DNA from: Alloascoidea hylecoeti
Taxonomy: Eukaryota
Direction of reading: 5' to 3'
NCBI GenBank assembly: GCA_001600815.1
Contig: BCKZ01000021.1
Span: forward strand, 124,001 to 188,000
Length of the DNA: 64,000 nt
Positions 24,315-35,277 of the stretch are shown piece after piece. A program made the position numbers and the translations under genes. Position 1 is the first letter of the stretch. Each line of letters begins with the position of its first letter. The notes under the pieces were generated by a model. That model was not told the DNA's origin and ran no database searches. It was given only the letters and a program-made list of their open reading frames with translations.

Positions 24315-27300
24315 GCTCAAATTAAATATGAATTAATTTAAATCAGATAATTGTTATTTAGAAAAAGAAGAAAGAAGAAAAGTTTTGAAAATAACAGGGA
24401 AATATCATTAATAAACCAAAAAATGTGAATTTAAAGGTAAGAATACAGCTGTTATATATTAACATGCAAGTTATAATATCCGGAGTAAATGGGTCATAAT
24501 AATTACAGCTGATCATGATTACATGTAATATTAATTATGAACAGATTCGAGTAAGATTTACTCCTCAGCTATAAGCTTGTTGCAATTGTGCGGAGTTTGA
24601 ACTGCCTTTAAATTTTACTTTAGCTTCCTATCTGCAAACAGATCATTAATCAATGCCAAACAAATTTAACAAACAATCACTCTCAAAGATTCTAGACCTT
24701 TCATCACTATTGGCAACAATCACAAAGTAGAAGTAAGTATGTCAACTTATATTGACAGAAAAACATTAAATTTAAGGGCCTGATGAATCATTGTTAATTT
24801 TAAGGCTGGATCATCGCGATCGTATACGTAGCTTCGTTTCAAATACTTCTGACATAAACTATATTATAATTAATAATCTTACCACATTATGTTATCATTA
24901 TCACCAAATAAGAGCTCAGAAACAAACATTTAAATTAGGTCGTGTTTGGTATTTTGATTTCCTGATTCAATTTTTTTGGAAAATTGCTGTTTCTAATTAA
25001 TTATTAATATTCCAATATTTAGTATGGCGATTAATTAGATATCGCCGTACCCATTCTAAATCCTCTTTCTCTTTACCTTTATAACACTCAAAATATATCA
25101 CTACATACGTAAGAAACATGTTAATGTTACATGTTAACATTCAATATTGTTGTCAATTCCAAATGTAAACGAATTTACTTAATTTAATTTGCATAATTAT
25201 AAATTGTCAATTTAAGCATTTAAGCTATTTAAATAAATCTCAATTAGCTATAATTAAGCCTTTCAGTTTGATTTCGAAACATCACCTATTTTAATACACG
25301 CCACAATAGAAAAATGTCTAGCGATTACATGACAGGAAACTAATTATATTTATTCACAAGTACCCTTCTTTCGGTCATATTTATATAAATTTCTATATAA
25401 TTTCTATAGGTAACATAAATATAACTACATAACAGTTCATTTCTAGAATCGGGCATTTTTTTCATCTTCATCTTTTTTTTGTCGCTTTTATGCTGAAGTT
25501 CAGATGAACAATGAGAATTCGATAAGATATACTTACCTACGGCCTTATATCTTCATATTTCATTATGGCCAGGCTGAATATCAAAATATCCCTCCTATTA
25601 TATACGGCTTGTAGTAACTATCATGGAGAGATGTAGATATTCGCTAGAGAGGTATTTTGCCTATACGTATTATTAGGAGAGTTAATCAATAACTCTTGGA
25701 TATCCATTTGGGAACAGTGATAACTAGAGGACATTAGGAACCCAATAACTGACTAGGAAGCTCTACTTCGGGATAGTTAAGGGACCAACACCCAACTCAC
25801 CTTGATAATAACAACAGCATAAACCTTTAAACCGGCCAATATCTATTGAAGTAAATTCAGACTCCCTGGACTTATTAATATAATGATATTGACAATGAAC
25901 TCGACTAAAATAAATCTGTTCACTAATTCTTAATTTAAACAACATACAAGTATATATTCATTTCCTTTTGTAAAAAATGGGCGTGTATTAAGTCAATAGG
26001 TTCATAAAGAAATCATCATTATTATTCGATGAATATCCATTCAATCCTACAAGACAACTCATAAGTGATTTGAGCAAAAAATGTAATTCAAATCGATAAT
26101 AAAGAATATCATGAGCACCATACCACCTTTACCCGGACATTATTGTCATCTTATAATGTTAAACTATTTCAATGTATTTTCAAAGATGATAATTTATTAA
26201 GTATTTACTACTTCTTAAAATAAACTAAACGAAATAAAGTAATATATGCATAGAGCTACATTCAGCTTCGAACATATAACAAAGAGTTACTATATAAAGA
26301 TCTTCATTTAATTATAACACTTTCTTTAACTAGTTCGACAATAATAGCTACAAACATATTGTCACAGACCACGAGTTGGGTTCGATGGCCAGTTGGGATC
26401 ACCGTATTAGGAAAAGATTATATAAGCTTATAATTTCTTTCAGTAGCTAGTAATCGTTGTTGACAAGATCTAGTGTGCATCCAGCATGGTCTTTCACGAG
26501 TGATGAACCACCGACTCTCTAGAGTCATTAATGCCTTGGACAAATCAAATTTAACTCCTTTGCCATTATCAACTCTATAGAATTGAGGGTTCATAACCTG
26601 TGAAAGATTTGTGACTCCATTCATCTTTATATTGCAGATGTCTAATATTGAGGTGGATGAGGATATCAATCTTTGACAATCGTTATTTTTTAAAATTTCT
26701 TGAGTATTGATATTTTGAATTAGAAGTGCTGGTAGAGACCTTTTCTTGGTTTCTTGTTTTGGCTTTTAAATATAAGTTCAACGTAATGAGATATATTCAA
26801 ATTACTGAACCAAAATAATTTTTTGATGATCTCGGCTATAGATTCTTATCTTTCTTAAACGAATTACAATATGCTTATATCAACGTTAACTATTTAAACT
26901 TCAAAGCTAATTGTATTAATATGTAAAATCACAAATTCTCCAATTAATTTCAGGATACTATTCATCAGTATTCCGCAGTCTACTCAGAGTATTAATATTG
27001 ATTAAGCGCCTTCACCGCCAAGTGGTTGAAAAAACAAAAACAAAAAGGCTATTTTGTGCGATTTATGATATCAATTAGTAAAAATACTAGTATGGTACAC
27101 TCTTTTCTGGTTTATTGAATTGCCCGAAAAAAAATAATAATAATAAAAACTGATACAATTTAAGACAAAGTGTGATATATGGGAATTAATTCTCTATCAT
27201 TTTAGATCGTCTATTCTTTTTATACTTGCAAATTATTCTATACTGGAACAATTCAATTTATCTTACCTATACTGTACTTTGTAAAAAAAAAGTTATCCTC

Positions 27301-27748
27301 GATTGGGATCTTCTTGACTCTGTCAATCATTAGGCATGTGATGGCGGCAGTTTATATAAGGTTATGGTGTGCCACTGAAAATGATACGAATCTCGAGAGC
27401 GCTATGCATGCACTCATCTATATAAACTAGATTTATTGTTGATATGCACGCTATGTCTAATTCTATTTCTTAACGATGCGAAATCAGAAAAAATCCTACC
27501 GACGGCATCAATTTGCTTTACCCGTGGTTTAGAGCATAAATTAAAATTTAAAACTTTATGATGGATTTAGATCATAGCGATTTAATACCTTGAAATTGAA
27601 GCCCGATGTGACTAACTAAAGTAACTGCCATAATAGTAAAGAAGTACTAGTACTGTGACAACTAAATGATAAGATATAATCAATGTAAGCCCTTTTTCTC
27701 AAATTATTATACAATTAAATAATAGTAAAAGAGTCTAAAAAGTTTGAA

Positions 27749-27754
27749 CCTCGG
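27749..27754. promoter_or_regulatory. CCTCGG, FarA/Ctf1/Por1-type fatty-acid response element
   Basis: Exact CCTCGG about 215 bp upstream of a peroxisomal thioesterase. Confidence 0.45.
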
Positions 27755-27966
27755 TAGCATGGAAAAGATGACGTAATACCAAAAAGATGTTCAGTGTTAT
27801 TAATCACACATAGAAAATTTGCAAAGTCAAAGTTTAATATGCCAACTACATATATAACGTTTAAAATAACATGCCTCAAATTTCATATTAAGAGATTTTT
27901 TTTGCTCTATTTAAATCGTTTCTCCGCATTTTTCTTCCCAGCTGATAACAATATTATATATTAACA

Positions 27967-28925
27967 ATGCCATCAAACATATTAGATGATTTAGAAATTA
28001 AGGAATCACCAGATATCGGAACAGATACATTTCAAAATGTCTATCCGTTATGGAAAGATAACGGAGCATTAGGAGCGTATGGAGGTTGTTTGGTATCTCA
28101 GTCCTTAAAATGCTGTTTTCAGACATTGGGAGATCAATTTAGAGCTCATAGCATGCATTGTTCCTATTTAAAAGGAGTGAGTAACTTTGTATAGTGATTA
28201 ATTCATAGTTATTATATCTAACCTATCTTCATTTTGATCTATAGTGTGACGTTGCTAAACCGGTGGTTTATAAAGTCAATAGAGTGCGAGATGGGAGATC
28301 ATTCTGTACAAGAATCGTTGAAGCCTATCAGGATAACATTTTGATTTTTATAACAACAGCATCATTTCAAGTTCCAGCTAAGGACAAAAAACAGGTGAAA
28401 CACGGAAGGGATTTCCCAATTGGCAAATCCTTACAGAGAGAAATTGCTAGAATAGCTGAGGAAAATAAACAGCAAAACACTCCAGGACTTTGGAAATGGA
28501 TCTATGGACCATTTAATTCATCAGGTGAAATTGATAAAAGTGATTCTTTATTGACCGAAGAAAGAAGATCATTAATTTATTTAAAAACTGAAGTTCCCCC
28601 AAATGATAAACGATTAAATCAAATAATTTTAGCATATTTTTCGGATGCTTTTATGATGGCTTCTGCAGTTGCCGCAAATGATCTTAATGTTCGAAAGGAT
28701 ATTTCAATGCTTGTTAGTTTAGATCATACAATTTACTTCCATGAAGATGATTTTGATGGAAATGATGGACTTCTTCATATTGTTAAATCTCCTTGGACAG
28801 GTGACAATAGATGTGTTTCAACGGGAGGAATATATACAGATACAGGGAAGTTGCTTGCAAGTACTATGCAAGAAGGAGTTGTTAGATTTAGAAAGACCCC
28901 AGAAGAATCAAAAGCAAAGCTATAA
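27967..28925 (+). CDS. TES1: Peroxisomal acyl-CoA thioesterase II, 2 exons
   Basis: Intron 28177-28244. GAYGGCLVSQS, HSMHCSYL, RVRDGRSFCTR, LAYFSD, VSLDHTIYFH, QEGVVR; C-terminal PTS1 AKL. Confidence 0.92.
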
Positions 28926-29130
28926 TTTTCGAATTTGTAACTGCAACGTTGTGATTAATATTGATATAGAATAATAGGCTAATAGACTAATAGACTCATA
29001 AACTAGAATAATAGAGCGCGAAATAGAAATAACAATTAATCAATAGAGTAAGCTAAGTATTATATACTTGATAAATTATTCAATGGATTGAATATTCGGT
29101 TACCTCAATAGTGGCCGAAATTAGTATCTC

Positions 29131-29238
29131 TCGCCATTTGGCGATGCCAAGAACAAACGCACAGCCCGGGTATGCCCATTTACGAAGCAATACATTAATG
29201 CACCTGGTTCCAGCCACTCCGGTCACGTGGATCACGTG
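29131..29238. promoter_or_regulatory. Metallothionein promoter elements: 14 bp palindrome and tandem RTCACGTG E-boxes
   Basis: TCGCCA-TT-TGGCGA 29131-29144; GTCACGTG 29222-29229 and ATCACGTG 29231-29238. Confidence 0.55.
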
Positions 29239-29389
29239 GATATTGAGAGGTTTGTGCTTCCAAGAAAATTGTGCGCCAAAAAACTATAAGAACGGCCACA
29301 ATTGCACCTGTTTTTTCATCATTTCAATTTCAAATCATCAAATCAAATCATTTCAAATCAAATCAATCTTATCATAACAATAACCAAAA

Positions 29390-29575
29390 ATGGCCTGCGC
29401 TTGTTCTACACCATGTACCTGTGAAAAAATCTGTAAATGCGGCACCGAGTCAAAAAGCTGTTCTTGTGAATCTGAATGCTCCTGTGAAAAATCCTGTTGT
29501 TGCGATAACACCCCAGAACCTAAAAGCTGCTCTTGTGGAGATAGTTGCAAATGTGAAAATGAGTGCAAATGCTAA
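29390..29575 (+). CDS. Metallothionein (61 aa, 19 Cys)
   Basis: CxC clusters, no aromatic residues, strong AAAAATGG start context, A/C-rich leader. Confidence 0.92.
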   Translation: MACACSTPCTCEKICKCGTESKSCSCESECSCEKSCCCDNTPEPKSCSCGDSCKCENECKC

Positions 29576-29882
29576 TTATATTATACACATGAATCTTAAT
29601 GAGCTTTTAAACTCATAATTATGCCTGGTACAATTTAAATGATGTCTTATTTAATTTTTTTATATTTATATTATTATTTAATATTATTTTTTGGAAAATT
29701 TCACAATGTATTCCGTCGAATATAATAATTGTCACGCATGTGTGTTGTACTTTAGTCCTTAGCCCAGCCAATTGATCATCCCAAAGTAGTCGCTAGCTGA
29801 CTTTCGCTGACTTATTTTTATACATAAACGGAGAACAATCCTTTAATTTTCATCAACCCTTTTTTTCCTTTAAACTCCAAGC

Positions 29883-30503
29883 ATGCATAGTCTACTATCG
29901 AAATTAAATATAAAGAATTTTAAAAACAAATCTTCAGGCGAGGATGCTCCGCCCCCATATTGTGTTGTTGATCCACTACCACCTTATCAGGACAACAATT
30001 TCAAGTCCAAAAACCAAAATAATGCCACTTCAGTTATCATCAACGTGAATGTTGATAACGAAGACACTTACAGCACCATTATCACTGATCATGAGAGTAA
30101 CTTAATTTCTCACTCTCAACCACTTTTAGGTCTGGAAAAGAAACAAAACAGTCTAAAAGCAAACAAATCCTCAACTAAACAAGAATCTATATTTGACCTT
30201 ATTCCAGTCTATCTCCCACATTTAGATCCAAATAATACAAACAATTGTAAAGTATCAACTACTAGTATCCAAAGAAATAGGAGGTCAAACAATAATCCCA
30301 GAAAAAATATATCTAGCAAATCATATGCTAACGTTGGTTCAACCTTTGGAAAGAAGCCAACCAGACCGTTATATCAAAATAGTAATGGTCCTGTTGGTTG
30401 TATGCCTATAGGTGACGATACTTATTATACATATTATGGTAGAAAACCTGCTGTTTTGGCTTGTATCCCAATAGGTGACCATGATGATGATGGTGGTAAT
30501 TAG
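29883..30503 (+). CDS. Orphan 206 aa protein with two PY motifs
   Basis: Long ORF for AT-rich DNA; PPPY and LPPY near the N-terminus; duplicated C-x-PIGD motif at the C-terminus. Confidence 0.7.
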   Translation: MHSLLSKLNIKNFKNKSSGEDAPPPYCVVDPLPPYQDNNFKSKNQNNATSVIINVNVDNEDTYSTIITDHESNLISHSQPLLGLEKKQNSLKANKSSTKQESIFDLIPVYLPHLDPNNTNNCKVSTTSIQRNRRSNNNPRKNISSKSYANVGSTFGKKPTRPLYQNSNGPVGCMPIGDDTYYTYYGRKPAVLACIPIGDHDDDGGN

Positions 30504-33145
30504 GCTTAGGGATCTGTCTACCACGGCTGGTAGCTATAGCTAGTCTCATAATTAAGCACTCTTTTTTGTTATATTAGGACTAAATATGTATGCTAGTAAC
30601 TATAAGTTACTATTGCTAGTTTTGATTTATATACGTTTGAGGAAGTATTAGTTTCTTTTTTTGTTTCTAATTATAGATGGGTAATTATAAAGTATTACAT
30701 GGTCATGATTGTAGTAATAGCTATACTATATGTTTTGCGTCACCAGTGTTTGGTTTTACGTTTTAGATTAATAATTCGGTCACATGATGTAATAATATTC
30801 GACCAGTCATATCACCTAATTTCGGCCACCTTTATGTTCAAACAATAACATTATCAACACTGGTGCCCGGTTTTTCAAAAACTTGAAAGGTCTTAAAATG
30901 GTCGATATTAATCTAAAACAATGTACTTAATTTCATAATTGTCATAAATTAGTATAAAACACCTCAAACTTCGTGTTCATGTTTTTAGTCACTGCTTAAT
31001 TATTATATTCTGTGGGTGCCTGTGTTTTAATATTAATAAGTCAATAAGCGATTATACTCGCTTTTTCGCATTTCATGGAGATAATGTTATAAATAGAACA
31101 TCGATTTCTGCAATTGTAACATCTAAATTTTATATGAATACGATCATGACTACAGTAACAAAATATTACTAACATTACATAATTATAAACATCGATATAT
31201 ATCTGTGATCTTGGAGTTGAACCTTCTAGATTTCTATCCAATCTGATCTATATAAGTCTTGGTACAATTGTAACATGTCATATAAGATCTATATAGCTAG
31301 CTGAAGTAGATTTAGGCCCATACAATCAACTTAATTAATCCAATATTGCTGAGTGATTTTTCCAGTTTCATTTTTAAAATATAGCTACATGTGCTGCTGT
31401 ATGTAGTAGACATTGATAATAATAATACCGTTAAATGCACGCAAATCTTTGATAATATTGAGTAGATAATCAAGAAAAATATTCGGGCAGGATTGAGAAG
31501 AGTATCTGAGAGAGTTCATCGATAATTATTCTATACTATAACTGATAATAGTAATTAGACTTATAGCTCTAGGCTCTGTTTTTTAGTTTTCCCGGCTTAA
31601 GGTTCTCCGGTTTCTCGTTTCCGTCTCAAATTGATTCTCAATATAGGATTATATATACCTATTTTACTCTTTTACGGAAATTTAACTTAGATTATTGGTA
31701 CAGGTACATGTACCTGCTTTCCAACTTTTAATCTCCAATAAAGCTAACCAGTTTGTAAAACTAAACTAATATCCAATTCTAAGAGTTTGGAATAATTTAA
31801 TACATCGTTGCAATTGCAACCATAATTTTCCGATTTTGAATCTTTACATTTCAAATATTTAGTTCTACTTGGTTTTTTCTATAAGCGCTTAATTAAGTTT
31901 GAACTCTTAGAGTCAATATAACTTATACTCGTGTAGGGAACCACAATTAAATTGTGATTAAAAATTCATGATCAATTGCAATGGAAAGATCATACAACTC
32001 ATGATTTGATCAGAGATATTTCCGACACTTCCAATTTCTCACGACTAAGATCAGAATAGAAAATATAAATACTTTCAATACCTTAATTATTATAATACCA
32101 TATGTGGCTATATGTTCTAGAAATTCCCTGTTTAATCTTAAAAATTTATAATTATTTTTTTAGACTATATATGAGATATAATTAGTAATTAATTACCATC
32201 ATCCACAATGCGGATATGTCACTTATTATCAAGATAAGAGATCAAATATAATATTTGAAATATTCAATATAATTCCATTTACAATTAAAGAATTTCTATG
32301 ACTCCGGGTAATGAAACATTTAATAGCAGTTTTACTACATCTAAATAATTAATTTAAGTCTTTAATTTCAAAATGTAGTTGAGCAGCTCTTCAAGAAGTT
32401 CCTCGATCCTGGAATCAAATATTTCAAATTTAGTAATATGCATCTCTAGCTTATGGTTAACGATAATGTTGCAACTGTTTACAGTCTAATTATGGCCATA
32501 TACTTTATTGTGGCAAAGAACCACTGCTATACTATATTTATAATTAGTACCAATTTATAATAGTGGGCATTAATAGAGTAATTAATAATAACTGCAATAT
32601 TCATTGCATTACAATTGCGATATAATAGATCATCTAATATATTATCGGTTATATTTCCCCTTCCACATCTTCGTTGATTGTTTCTATCAAATACATGTCA
32701 GGATATGGCGCGGATCAAGTTTATTGTCATGCTTCTCGTGGTGATTGGCGGTATCGAGCTGGCGACATCTTACGTAAGTATTATATAATACGGAGGCTAC
32801 AGCTGGCCAATTGGAGAGGAGCACATACGCATCATATTCCAGAAAGATTCTTAAAGAAGGAACTAGTCGGCTTTCCAACCGATAAATTATTGAAAATGGG
32901 TAGCAATTGGCATGCGAGAGAACAGCGAACTCGAATCGGGAAATAATAATGCTATCGGATATGCCGTTCAGACGCACTCGGAGATGCCAACTTCTGGATC
33001 GGGAAGCGTGCGGTTGCCGTGCAGTTTCTGTTGCAGCGCCAAGTCCGTCACGTGCGACACTGCAATATATAATAACGAATATTAGTGGCTGCTGCGCTGC
33101 TTTTCTCTTTTTCTTTCTGATATCTGACAGAGAAATATTGAACAA

Positions 33146-34666
33146 ATGTCTTCCAAAGGATGTCGGCCCTGTTTGGCTTTTCTCAGCGAGTCCTCCACCT
33201 CCATCGCTGACTACCCGGACTCCGTTGACGGCGTGCACAGAGACTCCTCCGAGCTGCGGCGGCCTGCTTTGTATTCCATTGATAATATTGATGCCGTGCC
33301 ACGCTCCTACGATAATCCAATTGACACAACCTCAATCGTCAATAATGACCATTTCCACTCGGAAGAAGTGCTGGAAGTATCGTCCACGGGCAAGTCCCCT
33401 GAATATTTAAAAGATTTGTCCGGAAAGACGACGGTGACATACAAACAATCCTTTGAAGTGGACGCAGATCAAGCCTCTGAAGGTGTAACCACCCCCGTAG
33501 AGAATCCAACTCAGATTCCCCCCCAACAGTGGCAATCCTCTCCCCAATCGGCTGCCACCAATGTTTATAACTTCAAAATAACAGAACGAGAATTAACAAA
33601 TGATGACATGTCCTCGTCGTACGCCTCGCCTTACTCAATGACAAATCAGGGTATCGGTATTATGTCCAGTGTAAGCTCATATGGTGGAGCTAACTTGGAA
33701 ATATCGGAAGAATCTATCCATGACGGACTCGGGTTTAAGGTCTCGACGAAAGAAGTTGCTGCTTCGATATCTACTACTGGAACTTTTGAACAGCTATACG
33801 AACAATCAGCAAATCAAAACCATGGAACCCTGGAAGCTGATGACCAGGTGTCAATGGGTCCCTTAGATTTCTCTAACAATTATAGTCCTTGCAGTGTTGC
33901 AAGAGGTGATGTCACCGAAATCCAAGGATTAAACACCTTGTTAAATGAGCATACATACGCGCAGGATTATTTCAAACCGACAGGAAATTTAAATGAAAAT
34001 GTAACTTTTAATGCACATTATAATACTTATGATAATTACAAATGCGGAGATGAGGACATTGAAGACTTTCCACCAACTGTTGTCCCGACAAGACGAAATA
34101 CTGAAGCCTTTGTTTTATCTTATTCCGATGAACAACAGCAACAGCAACAAAAACAAAGACATCCAAGTGCTGGCCTTGACGATGAAGATCATAAATATAT
34201 AATAATGCAAATGGAAAAATTAGCTAAAAACAATAAGGATCAAGAAACAAATTCTCCATTTAGAAAATTAATTAAATCACGGAATTCACCGAAGACAAGA
34301 TCTTTTTCAACTAATTCATTTAATGATTTAAAACTAACAAAAAGAAAAACAAATCCAACAACTAGATCATCAACAAATATTTTTAAACCTTTAAGTATAT
34401 CAAGATCAAAATCAACAACTCAAATATCTAATAATATCAATGATAATAATACTTCTACAACAATAATTCATTTTGCAAATCGAGGATTAGAAGAAATTAA
34501 TGAAAATGAAAGACCTGATTTAAAATCATCAAATAGTACTGGATCAAATAACAGTAATAATAAAAAACATTTTAGAAGGCATCAATTTTGGTTTGAAAGA
34601 AAACCATCATGGAATGTTTATGGTCTTTTAAGAAATCGACATTCTGAAAAAGTTTCTTTAAGGTAA
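33146..34666 (+). CDS. Orphan 506 aa low-complexity protein (acidic Ser/Thr-rich, basic C-terminus)
   Basis: Long ORF with no recognised domain; possible upstream exon at 32705-32773 (see findings). Confidence 0.75.
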   Translation: MSSKGCRPCLAFLSESSTSIADYPDSVDGVHRDSSELRRPALYSIDNIDAVPRSYDNPIDTTSIVNNDHFHSEEVLEVSSTGKSPEYLKDLSGKTTVTYKQSFEVDADQASEGVTTPVENPTQIPPQQWQSSPQSAATNVYNFKITERELTNDDMSSSYASPYSMTNQGIGIMSSVSSYGGANLEISEESIHDGLGFKVSTKEVAASISTTGTFEQLYEQSANQNHGTLEADDQVSMGPLDFSNNYSPCSVARGDVTEIQGLNTLLNEHTYAQDYFKPTGNLNENVTFNAHYNTYDNYKCGDEDIEDFPPTVVPTRRNTEAFVLSYSDEQQQQQQKQRHPSAGLDDEDHKYIIMQMEKLAKNNKDQETNSPFRKLIKSRNSPKTRSFSTNSFNDLKLTKRKTNPTTRSSTNIFKPLSISRSKSTTQISNNINDNNTSTTIIHFANRGLEEINENERPDLKSSNSTGSNNSNNKKHFRRHQFWFERKPSWNVYGLLRNRHSEKVSLR

Positions 34667-35277
34667 AGAAAAAAGCAAATTAATAAAACATTTTTCATCA
34701 ATCGTTTATGTTTTGGTTTCTATGTTATTATTATGTTACCTTATCTTCACTTTTAAACTATTTATTATTATTAGTTATAACTTTTAATGAATATGTTTCT
34801 AAAGCTCATTCTATTTTAATGTTAAACTTTTCATATGCATAATAATTATAATATATAATATATAACATATTTTATATTTTGATTACATTTTGGTATTTTA
34901 TCTAAACATCTAAATTATTTTTGGTTTAAAATATATATATATATTTTAATTTAGTATTCACACACACACACTCATCATGATCATAGTTGATTAATTTCTC
35001 TAATTTATGTTTTTTATAATCTTTTGTCATTATCTTTATATATATTTAATGGGAGTATTCAATATTTAAACTTATATTTATATCTATATTCACAGGCAAT
35101 ATGTCAGCTTATTAATGTGAAATAATTAATTGTAGTACTATGTACCTTTATATCAATGAACAAAACAACCACTGAATTCAAATTTAAAGGAGGGTTGATA
35201 ATTAGAATGTATGGATGTATCAATTCCTCCACTATTCATCGTGTCAACAGTCACTTTTCATCAATATTAATACCTTA

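Noticed and set aside
29111..29618. ORFs of 88, 115 and 71 aa overlapping the metallothionein
   Set aside because: Alternative frames; two begin at GTG and none has protein-like features. The Cys-rich frame explains the locus.
32674..33410. Three overlapping ORFs (90, 183 and 167 aa)
   Set aside because: Expected in a locally GC-richer patch; no family similarity.
35215..35277. ARP5 N-terminal extension from the first ATG
   Set aside because: Reads like 5' UTR; similarity appears to begin near the ATG at 35278.
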